DNA of 64,000 nucleotides from positions 71,542 to 135,541 of the forward strand of contig JAZDHZ010000027.1 in NCBI GenBank assembly GCA_043805415.1. Direction: 5' to 3'. This document shows, in pieces, positions 48,083 to 56,878 of the stretch. Made by a program: the position numbers and the translations under genes. The notes below the pieces were generated by a model. The model searched no databases and was not told where the DNA came from. It saw only the letters and a list, made by a program, of their open reading frames with translations. Position 1 is the first letter of the stretch; each line of letters starts with the position of its first letter. Origin of the DNA: Candidatus Omnitrophota bacterium (GTDB taxonomy: Bacteria > Omnitrophota > Gorgyraeia > B26-G9).

Positions 48083-50293
48083 TTATTTAACATTTTCCTG
48101 CGCACCCCAGATAAGCAAATATTCCTTTGCTTTCTGCGCATCCTTATCATTAGGAGCCAGAGCAAGATAATGCTTGAAATGAGAAAGCGCTTTTAATTCA
48201 TCAATCAAATATCTTGAATATATAATCCCCAGATTATAATGGGTACTAGCATCCCGATCATTATACTTTAAAGCGTCTTGAAATTCCGACACTGCTTGTG
48301 TGTATTCCTGGCGCTGCGCGTGAAAAACCCCTAAGTTATAATGCAAAGAAGCATTCTGTGAACGCAAATCGCTTAATTCTTTCTCCTGCTTTGATAACCG
48401 CTCCGGCAGGGACTTTATCTGAAGATCAAGATTCTTGTTTTGAGTATCAAGATCACTAATATTCCGCTTCAGCTCATCTATACTATCTGAATATTTAGCG
48501 ATTAACTTAATCTGCTGGTCTTCTTTTTTCTGCCAATCACGCTCTTTTTTATAAAAAATCTGGACTTGTTTAGCTAAACTATCTTTATCTTTTTCAAGCT
48601 TTGCCTGAACCTCTTTCAAAGTATTATATTTATTTTTATTCTCTTCGAGCTGGTTAAGATAGTTTTCTTTATCCTTGTTGGAAAGTTCGTTTTTCTTTTC
48701 CAGTTCTCCGGCAAGTCCTCTAAATTCCTTTAACTCTTCACTCAACTTATTTTTATTCTCTTCCAATTTTACAATATAATCCTGTTCCTTATCCCTAACC
48801 AGCTGCTCAGTAAGATTAAGCTTCTTATCTTTATCTTCTACCTGCTTTTTATAATCCGCGACCAGTGATAGCAGTTCCAGATTTTCATTGGCCATTTTAT
48901 TGTTTTTCTCTTTTAGCATCGTAAGCTCTTCATAGGACTTATTTAAAATCTTATTAAGATTGGTAAATTCGGTTTTAAGGAAATCTATCTCATCATTGGC
49001 AACCTGGATCCCTCCTGCTTCATTAGGATTTAAGCCTTTTGCCGGATCGCCCTTACCATCTAAACTGATTAGTTTGAGTAAAAGCTGTTTTTTCTCATTT
49101 ACCAATCTATCATTTTGGTTCATCAGGTTTTCGTTTTTCTTTCTCAGGTCTAACACATTTGCCTCAAAACTCTTATTACTTTCCGACACCAGTATCTTTT
49201 GCGCTGCTCTTTGCTGCAAAATCTCCTCATCTTTTTGCTGGATCAAAGCCTTCTGGGAAATAATTTGGGCATCTTTATCCTTCACCTGCTGCGCAAAAGA
49301 TTGCAAGTCTGCTTCATACAGCTCTTTCTGATCAGTATATTCTTTACTGTTTTCCTGAAGTTTTGCCAACTCTTCTTTTAGCGATTTTTCTTTCTGAATG
49401 TATTTTTCTGTATAATAGAGTTCCATTTGCTGCAATTGTTCTTGAGCAACCGAGAGTTGTTTTTCTTTTTCCGCGAATTGTTTTTGCGTCTGCGTAAGCT
49501 TATTCTGAAAATCCTGATTATCTGCCTCTATTTGCTGATTTCGATTAACAATAGTCTCGCCTTCTTTTTTCACAAGGATTAATTCATCTTTTAAAGATTT
49601 TTCCCTTTGCTGCATAGCCTCAAGCTGTTTTATGGTCTCTTGCTTTAAATTAGTCAGCTGGTCATTAAACGCTCTTTCTTTTTTATCCAATGTATCTTTA
49701 AGTGTTATTATTTGTTCTGACTGATCTTGATTCTGCTTGGCATATTTTTGTTCAGATTCAGTTTTTTTCCTATTATCTTCTTTAAGCGTTTCCGTTAGTT
49801 TACTTAATTCAGCGATTTGCTCAGTTTCTTTTTGTGATTTCTGAGCATAGTATGCTTCTTTTTTCTCAGAATCTTCCTTTAATCTATTATAATTATTCTT
49901 AAGCTCAGCTTTATTCTCTTCTAATGTACTTATGGCCACTTGCGATTTTGTAAACAGCTGATCTACATTATTAAGCTGCTGTCTGAGCGAAATAATTTCC
50001 CCTTCTTTTGCCGCGATAGCCTGCTCTTTTAAGGCCATCTGTTCGCTAAGAAAATCGTGTTTTGATTTAACCTGTTCATATTGCTTGCTTAAATCATCAT
50101 AAGCCTGCTGCTTAGTTTTCAGATCTTTTGCTAAATTCCCCATGTCTTTAGCGATTTTTTCCACCACACTTGAGACCTCTTCAGCAGCATCCTGGCCTTG
50201 AGATACTGAGCAAACAGTAAGACTCAAAGTAAATATCAGTGCAGAAATAAGCCCCCCACTTCCCCCTATTCCTTGCCATCGAATTTTTTTCAT
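48083..50293 (-). CDS. Secreted coiled-coil protein with C-terminal TPR repeats, partner of secretin 2 (paralog of 45287-46261)
   Basis: 736 aa. Signal peptide. About 600 aa of coiled coil. C-terminal TPRs (LHYNLGVFHAQRQEYTQAVSEFQDALKYNDRDASTHYNLGIIYSRY) nearly identical in pattern to the 324-aa paralog. Overlaps the secretin 2 stop by 4 nt. Confidence 0.5.
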   Translation of the reverse strand: MKKIRWQGIGGSGGLISALIFTLSLTVCSVSQGQDAAEEVSSVVEKIAKDMGNLAKDLKTKQQAYDDLSKQYEQVKSKHDFLSEQMALKEQAIAAKEGEIISLRQQLNNVDQLFTKSQVAISTLEENKAELKNNYNRLKEDSEKKEAYYAQKSQKETEQIAELSKLTETLKEDNRKKTESEQKYAKQNQDQSEQIITLKDTLDKKERAFNDQLTNLKQETIKQLEAMQQREKSLKDELILVKKEGETIVNRNQQIEADNQDFQNKLTQTQKQFAEKEKQLSVAQEQLQQMELYYTEKYIQKEKSLKEELAKLQENSKEYTDQKELYEADLQSFAQQVKDKDAQIISQKALIQQKDEEILQQRAAQKILVSESNKSFEANVLDLRKKNENLMNQNDRLVNEKKQLLLKLISLDGKGDPAKGLNPNEAGGIQVANDEIDFLKTEFTNLNKILNKSYEELTMLKEKNNKMANENLELLSLVADYKKQVEDKDKKLNLTEQLVRDKEQDYIVKLEENKNKLSEELKEFRGLAGELEKKNELSNKDKENYLNQLEENKNKYNTLKEVQAKLEKDKDSLAKQVQIFYKKERDWQKKEDQQIKLIAKYSDSIDELKRNISDLDTQNKNLDLQIKSLPERLSKQEKELSDLRSQNASLHYNLGVFHAQRQEYTQAVSEFQDALKYNDRDASTHYNLGIIYSRYLIDELKALSHFKHYLALAPNDKDAQKAKEYLLIWGAQENVK

Positions 50294-52107
50294 TCTAAAT
50301 CCTCTTTTTGGAGTTCAATAAAAGATCTTTTGTATGGTTTAAAACTTTTGATTTCCATTCCGCCCAAATCACTCGCCGACGGAGGAGGTAAATATGTTTG
50401 CTGCTCCTGTTTTATTCTATCCACCAGCTCATAATTCTGAGCTGGTTTTATCCCTGGATCCCCAATCATATCACCGTCTGAGGAAACCATTACCTCTCCG
50501 CTTATAATCGTAGGGGTAATCATAATTAATAATTCAGTAACATTTTTAGTATCATTTGTTTTCTGGAATAAAAGGCCGAGTATCGGAATACTGCTTAAAA
50601 AAGGAACTCTTTGTTTAGTTTGCGATTTTTCTTCTCTCCGTAATCCTCCGAGAACAAGCGTTGCCCCGTCTTTAATTAAAGCATTTGTTTCCGCTAAAGA
50701 AGTATCGACAATCGGAATATTATTGCCGGTAGGAGTAACTAAAGTCTGAATTACACTGCTAACCTCAGCCTTTATCTTTAAATCCACAAACCCGTCTTCG
50801 TTAATTCTCGGCACAACATCCATTTGAATACCAATATCGATAAACTGCACATCTTCCGATATTGTACTGGTAGATTGTCCGGTAGTTGTGGTTGTGGTAA
50901 CATATGCCTCACGCGCGCCCACGTGAATTCTTGCTTCTTGATTATTGGTTACCGCGATCTTCGGATTAGATAAAAGTTTTGAAGAAGTAACAGTTTGAAT
51001 ATAAGTTAAAACCATATCCAAATCATTACCACCGATAATACCCACATGCATTTGATTAAGACCAACGATACTGTTACTGCTATTATAAACCGATGTGGTT
51101 CCACTAAACGGATATGAACCAACATTGCCAACATCTTCGTAAACCTGCCGGCGGGAACGCCAATCAGCAGTTGCTGAGCCAACAGAAGAAAATGGAGCAG
51201 AGCCGATATAAGTCAGGCTGTTTGAATCTGAAGCGGCATCAAACAGCCCCTCCCATTCAATCCCTTTATCCAGCGCGTCAGATATCTTGGACTTTACAAT
51301 TTTAACATCAATTAAAACCTGTTTTGTTTTTTTGTCCAAAGCTTTGATCAATTCCGCGATTTCTTCCATTCTTTTCGGAAAGGTCTGGACAATCACTTGA
51401 TTACTCCGCTCATCGGCTTTAATTGATCCCACTTTTTTCCCGGAAAGCCTCTGATTTAAAGTCTCTTCCACAGTCTTAGCATTAGCATAATCCAGCGTAA
51501 ATACCTTTACAATACTTTTTTGTTCAAACTGTTCCAGAAGTTCTTCCATGCGCACAAGATTTTCTTTTGAATCCATACAAAGAATATTTCCCGATTCCTG
51601 ATCAACCAGTATTCTCCCTACTTCACTTTTAACAGCATCAAGCAGATTAAATGCCTGTTCCGGGATCGCATAATTAAGATGAAAAACTTTTACTTTTCGG
51701 ATATCGGAAAAACTTTTTCCATAGATCACTCTATATTCTTCTTGAGTCATAACATTATAGATATCGCCTATTTTATCATAAGCTAAGCCATTTGACCTAA
51801 GCATGATATCAAATACATCCTGTACCGGAACATCTTCAACCACTAAAGTTATCCGTCCCATAACAGATTTTGTGGTTACAATATTAAGTCCGCTTTTTAA
51901 GGAAAAATATTTTAAGGCATCATTAATATCTATTTTTCTTAAATCCAATGAGATTAACCCATCAATGCCCTTGGTTAAAGCCATAATCTTAGGCTGGGGT
52001 GGCGCAATCAAAGCGGTTCCGCTCCCAGCATCTTGTGCTGATAAATAATTAATCTTAAACAGGATAACAATGACAATTAATCCTATTCCAATATTTTTTT
52101 TCCTCAT
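50290..52107 (-). CDS. Secretin (GspD/PilQ family), paralog 2
   Basis: 605 aa. Same architecture as paralog 1 (ISLDLRKIDINDALKYFSLKSGLNIV; ARIHVGAREAYVTTTTTTGQSTSTISEDVQFIDIGIQMDVVP; LIKDGATLVLGGL...VPFLSSIPILGLLFQK). About 55-60% identity by eye. Confidence 0.8.
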   Translation of the reverse strand: MRKKNIGIGLIVIVILFKINYLSAQDAGSGTALIAPPQPKIMALTKGIDGLISLDLRKIDINDALKYFSLKSGLNIVTTKSVMGRITLVVEDVPVQDVFDIMLRSNGLAYDKIGDIYNVMTQEEYRVIYGKSFSDIRKVKVFHLNYAIPEQAFNLLDAVKSEVGRILVDQESGNILCMDSKENLVRMEELLEQFEQKSIVKVFTLDYANAKTVEETLNQRLSGKKVGSIKADERSNQVIVQTFPKRMEEIAELIKALDKKTKQVLIDVKIVKSKISDALDKGIEWEGLFDAASDSNSLTYIGSAPFSSVGSATADWRSRRQVYEDVGNVGSYPFSGTTSVYNSSNSIVGLNQMHVGIIGGNDLDMVLTYIQTVTSSKLLSNPKIAVTNNQEARIHVGAREAYVTTTTTTGQSTSTISEDVQFIDIGIQMDVVPRINEDGFVDLKIKAEVSSVIQTLVTPTGNNIPIVDTSLAETNALIKDGATLVLGGLRREEKSQTKQRVPFLSSIPILGLLFQKTNDTKNVTELLIMITPTIISGEVMVSSDGDMIGDPGIKPAQNYELVDRIKQEQQTYLPPPSASDLGGMEIKSFKPYKRSFIELQKEDLE

Positions 52108-52775
52108 CGCACTTCAACCTCTTCACCTTTATAACGCAAAATAACTCTATCTTTTTGAATGTCATAAACTTTGATATCATCAATCATATAACCCTTTTTA
52201 ACAAAATATGTTTTTTCCAATTCAGGGTTTTCGATTATCGCGTCCGGGTCATCGCCCCAGGAAATACCGACTAATTTCAGATTCTTAGTTAATTCTGCAA
52301 GCGGAGAAACCTTATTTTCCTTTTCTTCTTTAAAATCAACTTCTTTTCTTTTTACATATCCCATTTGAAAAAGATCTCTAACTTCAGCTTTTTGCAAATA
52401 ATACTCTTTTGGCTTTAAAAGTGAAATTGTCTCCGGAGTTTCACTAATTACATTTGCTTGGGCATCTTTACCCACAAGCAACGAAATCCTGTCTGAACCT
52501 TTAATTTCAATACTTATAAATACCGCTAAAGCAACTATTGCGATCCCAATCGCGCATTGCAAAAACAGATTAATCATCTTTAAATCTTGAAATACGCTTT
52601 TATCTGCCCCCCGCCGCTTATGACTAAAACTGTCTTTTAAAAAAGCGATTCTCGCGCGAAAAGACCCAAAGGATAGATATTTGTTTCCCATCTGAACCGG
52701 AGAAGGCATAGCGATCTTATTAATTTTACCTTCAATAATCTCTAATAAACGCTTTTCCGGTGTTTTTTCTGCCAT
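52104..52775 (-). CDS. Bitopic inner-membrane protein, possible GspB/ExeB-like partner of the ExeA-like ATPase
   Basis: 223 aa. ~60-aa cytoplasmic N-terminus, a single TM helix (INLFLQCAIGIAIVALAVFISIEI), and a ~130-aa periplasmic domain. It overlaps secretin 2 by 4 nt. The topology resembles GspB/PilN/PilO-class proteins. No sequence-level assignment. Confidence 0.3.
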   Translation of the reverse strand: MAEKTPEKRLLEIIEGKINKIAMPSPVQMGNKYLSFGSFRARIAFLKDSFSHKRRGADKSVFQDLKMINLFLQCAIGIAIVALAVFISIEIKGSDRISLLVGKDAQANVISETPETISLLKPKEYYLQKAEVRDLFQMGYVKRKEVDFKEEKENKVSPLAELTKNLKLVGISWGDDPDAIIENPELEKTYFVKKGYMIDDIKVYDIQKDRVILRYKGEEVEVR

Positions 52776-52793
52776 ATTTATTAATCCGCTACT

Positions 52794-53654
52794 TTAAACA
52801 ATTACACTTGGCTGTCTGACCCAATGCAATCCTTGTTGAATTTCTTCTTCCACGATTTCTTTGATTAAATCCTCATCAATAACAAATTTATTTCTCATAA
52901 CCAAACGTTTTAGCGCCTTATGACAGAGCATATTCATCCGTCGAGGATACCCCCTTGTGTTTTGATAAATCGCTTTTATTGCTGTATCTAAGAACAGATG
53001 CATATTGGATTTATATCCAGCTTGCCGAATGCGATACTCGATCATTTTGCGAGCTTCGTACTCATCCAAAGGATTTAAGGTAAATTTAAAACTTATTCGA
53101 TCAATAAAATTCGGGATATTAATCAATTTTGAGTGCAATTCCATTTGTCCCAATAATACCAGCTGGAGTAATTTATATTCATTGGTCTCATAATTAAGCA
53201 AAACCCGCAAACACTCTAGGGTCAGTTCATTTAACTTTTGCGCTTCATCAATAATCAGCACAATGGTTTTTCCTTCTTCAACCCCTTTTTGGAATAAAAA
53301 TTTTTCCAATGCCTCTTTGAGGTTAAGAATCCTCGGCCCCTCTTTAGCCACTTCAATATCAAAATTACGCGCAAGCGAAGTAAGAAATATTTCTTCATCA
53401 TTGTACACAGGGTCGAGCATCATATGACAAATAAACCCTTCCTGTGATTTTATCAGCTGATAAAGTTTACGGCTAAGCGTTGTCTTGCCAGTTCCGACAT
53501 CGCCTAAAATAACTCCTAGCCCGCGTTTAAGCCGCAGTTCAATCATTAAATTAGTTAAAGCCATGTCATGCTCTCTTGATTCATAAAAAAACATTGGGTC
53601 AGGACTTGTTGAAAAAGGCTCTTTATCAAATCCTAAAATTTTATAATAGCTCAT
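52794..53654 (-). CDS. ExeA/GspA-like AAA ATPase (general secretion pathway protein A family)
   Basis: 286 aa. Walker A GDVGTGKTT and Walker B VLIIDEAQ, in the AAA_16/AAA_22 arrangement characteristic of ExeA. No C-terminal peptidoglycan-binding extension. First gene of the operon. Confidence 0.65.
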   Translation of the reverse strand: MSYYKILGFDKEPFSTSPDPMFFYESREHDMALTNLMIELRLKRGLGVILGDVGTGKTTLSRKLYQLIKSQEGFICHMMLDPVYNDEEIFLTSLARNFDIEVAKEGPRILNLKEALEKFLFQKGVEEGKTIVLIIDEAQKLNELTLECLRVLLNYETNEYKLLQLVLLGQMELHSKLINIPNFIDRISFKFTLNPLDEYEARKMIEYRIRQAGYKSNMHLFLDTAIKAIYQNTRGYPRRMNMLCHKALKRLVMRNKFVIDEDLIKEIVEEEIQQGLHWVRQPSVIV

Positions 53655-53804
53655 AAAATATCCTCGAAAAATAAAAGACCATGCCTTATGTCAAAACCCA
53701 TAAAACACAGTCTTATACTTTTCATTAAAAGATTAGACAACCTCTTAAAATCCATTTTAAAAATCCTCTTCCTTGATACTCCTGATCCTTAAAAAATTAT
53801 ATTT

Positions 53805-54080
53805 TTAAGCATTATCCAACATTTTCGCGATAATTTTTAAAGGATATCCTTTACCCTTTAACTCATCAATTTTATTTAAGTTGGTTTCCACCTCAATAGC
53901 TATATAAAAACGCTTATTGCCAAAACCTCTTTTTCTAATAGCATTAAGCAAACCAAAATTTGTATAGTGATTCAATGTCTGATAAGAAATATTATACTTT
54001 CTTACCACGTCCATAGCAGTTATAATTTCATCCATTTGTACCTCGTAATTTATAAAGACACCAACTCCATTTTCAGACAA
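53805..54080 (-). CDS. Small MerR-type HTH DNA-binding protein
   Basis: 91 aa (or 76 aa from the internal Met). HTH resembling MerR N-domains (ISYQTLNHYTNFGLLNAIRKRGFGNKRFY). No effector domain. It sits just upstream of the secretin operon on the same strand. Confidence 0.4.
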   Translation of the reverse strand: MSENGVGVFINYEVQMDEIITAMDVVRKYNISYQTLNHYTNFGLLNAIRKRGFGNKRFYIAIEVETNLNKIDELKGKGYPLKIIAKMLDNA

Positions 54081-54244
54081 TCATACCCATCCTGGGAAAG
54101 GCGGGAATATTTTTTACAAAAATATGAATAAAAAATATATTTTTAAACATTTTGATAATAGCATATATGGTAACTATTGTCAAGTAATATAGTCTAGTAA
54201 AAATTAAATATAAAAAGCAAGAAAAAACAAGCATTTAAAGGCCT

Positions 54245-54745
54245 TTAAATCCAGCCAATCAGACTTAAAGCACATATGGTTTTCGCGTCAATTATTTCCC
54301 CTTGTTTAAACAGGTTTTTAATTTGAGCTTTTGTTTGCGTTTTAAGCTGAATAATCTCATCTTTTTCCAGTTGTTGGGCACAAATACTGAGTTCACTGGC
54401 AGAGAAAAACACAATTCGTTCAGTTGAATAGCCCGGACAAGGATAAATCTGGCCTATTTTTTTAATTTTTTTCGCTGTATATCCTGTCTCTTCAATAAGT
54501 TCACGCCTGGCACATTTAGCATGCTGTTCATCTTTACCAAGCGTTCCCGCGGGTAATTCATATAAATATTGCTCAATAACCGGCCGATATTGGTACAATA
54601 TGATGATTTTATTTTTATTTAAAAAAGGAACAATCAGCACTGCTCCGGGATGCTTTACTATCTCCAGATTTATGGTTTCTGAATTAGGTAAAACAATTTT
54701 TTTCGCGAAAACCTTTATTAATTTTCCATCAAATTTTTTTTCCAC
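54245..54745 (-). CDS. NUDIX hydrolase
   Basis: 166 aa with the Nudix box GTLGKDEQHAKCARRELIEETGY (GX5EX7REUXEEXGU). Confidence 0.75.
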   Translation of the reverse strand: MEKKFDGKLIKVFAKKIVLPNSETINLEIVKHPGAVLIVPFLNKNKIIILYQYRPVIEQYLYELPAGTLGKDEQHAKCARRELIEETGYTAKKIKKIGQIYPCPGYSTERIVFFSASELSICAQQLEKDEIIQLKTQTKAQIKNLFKQGEIIDAKTICALSLIGWI

Positions 54746-54822
54746 CGAGTTTCTCCAAAAAAAGGGGTAGAAAAATATTTTCTACCCCTGGTGTTATAAC
54801 TTAAGCCTGTGAACTTTTAGGT

Positions 54823-55830
54823 TTAAAGTCCTTTTTTGGCAACAAGTTCGATAAGATCAACCACTCGGTTTGAATAACCCCATTCATTATCATACCAAGA
54901 AAGTACTTTAATCATCCCCGCCCCGATCTTCATTGTGCTCAAAGCATCAACAACCGAAGAATGTGAATCTTTTATAACATCAGCGGAAACAATCGGATCT
55001 TCACAATAAGCCAGGATGCCTTTCATTGTGGTTTCAGCCGCTGCTTTGAGTGCCGCGTTTACTGTTTCAACTGAAACATCTTTTTTCAGTTTAACCACAA
55101 GATCAACTAAAGAACCGGTTGGCGTAGGAACCCGAATAGATAGACCATTTAATTTTCCATTGAGCTCTGGAATAACTAATCCCACAGCTGATGCCGCTCC
55201 GGTTGTTGTCGGAATCATCGAAAGCGCCGCTGCCCGAGCTCTTCTTAAATCACTATGCGGAAAATCAAGAATTACCTGGTCATTAGTATAAGAATGAATT
55301 GTGGTCATTAAACCTTCTTCTATGCCAAAATTATCATTTAACACTTTCGCTAGCGGAGCCAGACAGTTAGTTGTGCAGGACGCGTTGGAAATAATCACAT
55401 CACTTGCTCTTAGGCTGGAATCATTAACCCCTAAAACAATTGTATTATCAATTTTATCTTTTGACGGTACGGTTAAAATAACTTTTTTTGCTCCGGCTTC
55501 AATATGCCACATTGTCTGCTCTTTTGATCTAAACACACCGGTTGACTCAACAACTATATCAACTTTCAGAGCCTTCCAAGGTAACTGTTTGGGATCCTTT
55601 ATTGCCGAAATCTCAATCTTTTTACCATCAACAATTATCGCGTTTCCGTCTACAGAAACCTTTTTATCATATCTTCCGTATACAGAATCATACTTTAATA
55701 GATGCGCCAGAGTTTTCGCGCTAGTAAGATCATTGATCGCGACAACCTCAATATTCTTATTTGCCATGGCAATCTTAAAAACATGTCTTCCGATTCTTCC
55801 AAACCCATTAATACCGATACGTACTCCCAT
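54823..55830 (-). CDS. gap: Type I glyceraldehyde-3-phosphate dehydrogenase
   Basis: Start at ATG 55830, 8 nt downstream of AAGGAGG. NAD-binding motif MGVRIGINGFGRIGR. Catalytic Cys context SNASCTTNCLAPL. The tool ORF is 18 nt longer. Confidence 0.9.
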   Translation of the reverse strand: MGVRIGINGFGRIGRHVFKIAMANKNIEVVAINDLTSAKTLAHLLKYDSVYGRYDKKVSVDGNAIIVDGKKIEISAIKDPKQLPWKALKVDIVVESTGVFRSKEQTMWHIEAGAKKVILTVPSKDKIDNTIVLGVNDSSLRASDVIISNASCTTNCLAPLAKVLNDNFGIEEGLMTTIHSYTNDQVILDFPHSDLRRARAAALSMIPTTTGAASAVGLVIPELNGKLNGLSIRVPTPTGSLVDLVVKLKKDVSVETVNAALKAAAETTMKGILAYCEDPIVSADVIKDSHSSVVDALSTMKIGAGMIKVLSWYDNEWGYSNRVVDLIELVAKKGL

Positions 55831-55897
55831 TATACTGCCTCCTTTCAAAACACCTGATTATTAGTATGCAGATTTTTAAACAACCTCACGCAATAGT

Positions 55898-56878
55898 TTA
55901 GCAGTTTGTTCTGGCGGGCTGGGATTGATATAAAAACCTGTCCCCCCATTCAAAACCAGCAGACCTGGTAAGCTTTGGCAAAATCTGCATATGCCAGTGA
56001 TAAAAACCAAGCTCCTGTTCATGCTGAATAGGAGCTGTGTTAATAATAAAATTAAACGGCGGATCTGTCAAGATTTTTTTCAAACGCCATAAAACATCCC
56101 TTAAAATAGCGGAAAATTCATAGATCATATCTTCTGGAATAAGATAAAAATGCGAACAATGTTTTTTCGGTATAATCCAAATTTCAAAAGGCGTACAGGC
56201 GGCAAAGGGAGTAAACGCGACAAAATTTTCGTTTTCGCAGATCATCCTTTGTTTAGCTTCCAGCTCTTGATCAATAATATCGCAATAAACACAGCGCTCT
56301 TTAAACCCGTAATACTTCTCCGCGCCTCTTAAGGCTTCTTTTATTTTTTTCGGAACAATCGGCAAAGCGATTAACTGGGAATGCGAATGTTCCAGGGAAG
56401 CACCGGCGCTTTGTCCGTGGTTTTTAAATATCAGAATATATTCAAAACGATTATCCTGCTTTAATTCAAGACAGCGCTGTTTATAGGAAAAAATTATTTT
56501 CGCGACCTCTTCATCACTTAAATCAGCAATGTCTTTCTGATGATCCGGAGTTTCGATTATAACTTCATGCGCTCCTACTCCATTCATCTGGTCATAAATC
56601 CCAATGCCCTGGCGGTCCAAATCTCCTTCCACGCGCAAAGCGGGAAATTTATTGGCAATAACCCGTAAATTCCAAACTGGATTATCACCTGCCCCGGGAG
56701 TTCTATCGACAAATATATCCGGCGGACTTTTATCTTCATTGCCTGGGCAAAAAGGACAAAATTTATTAAGCTGTTTCGCGCTTACCGATTGTTCGAAATA
56801 ATCACTCAGAGAGATTTCCTTATCATCCTGAACAATTATCCATCTGCCTAATATCGGATCACGTCTTAACTGCTGCAT
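55898..56878 (-). CDS. GalT-like HIT-superfamily nucleotidyltransferase (galactose-1-phosphate uridylyltransferase family), paralog with intact His-x-His-x-Gln
   Basis: 326 aa. RRDPILGRWIIV N-terminus. Zinc-site CPFCPGNE. Active-site FKNHGQSAGASLEHSHSQL (HxHxQ). The second half-barrel is present. Confidence 0.6.
   Translation of the reverse strand: MQQLRRDPILGRWIIVQDDKEISLSDYFEQSVSAKQLNKFCPFCPGNEDKSPPDIFVDRTPGAGDNPVWNLRVIANKFPALRVEGDLDRQGIGIYDQMNGVGAHEVIIETPDHQKDIADLSDEEVAKIIFSYKQRCLELKQDNRFEYILIFKNHGQSAGASLEHSHSQLIALPIVPKKIKEALRGAEKYYGFKERCVYCDIIDQELEAKQRMICENENFVAFTPFAACTPFEIWIIPKKHCSHFYLIPEDMIYEFSAILRDVLWRLKKILTDPPFNFIINTAPIQHEQELGFYHWHMQILPKLTRSAGFEWGDRFLYQSQPARTNC

Noticed and set aside
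38726-50293. Possibility that the giant coiled-coil proteins are SMC/chromosome-segregation ATPases
   Set aside because: They have N-terminal signal peptides or TM anchors and no Walker A/B or ABC signature head domains. So they are exported structural coiled coils, not SMC proteins.
55301-55864. 187-aa plus-strand ORF inside gap, and similar plus-strand ORFs inside katG (22309..22746), the coiled-coil genes (48960..49331, 40544..40818) and others
   Set aside because: All lie antisense within well-supported minus-strand genes. Low-complexity coiled-coil coding regions generate long stop-free antisense frames. No independent coding evidence.
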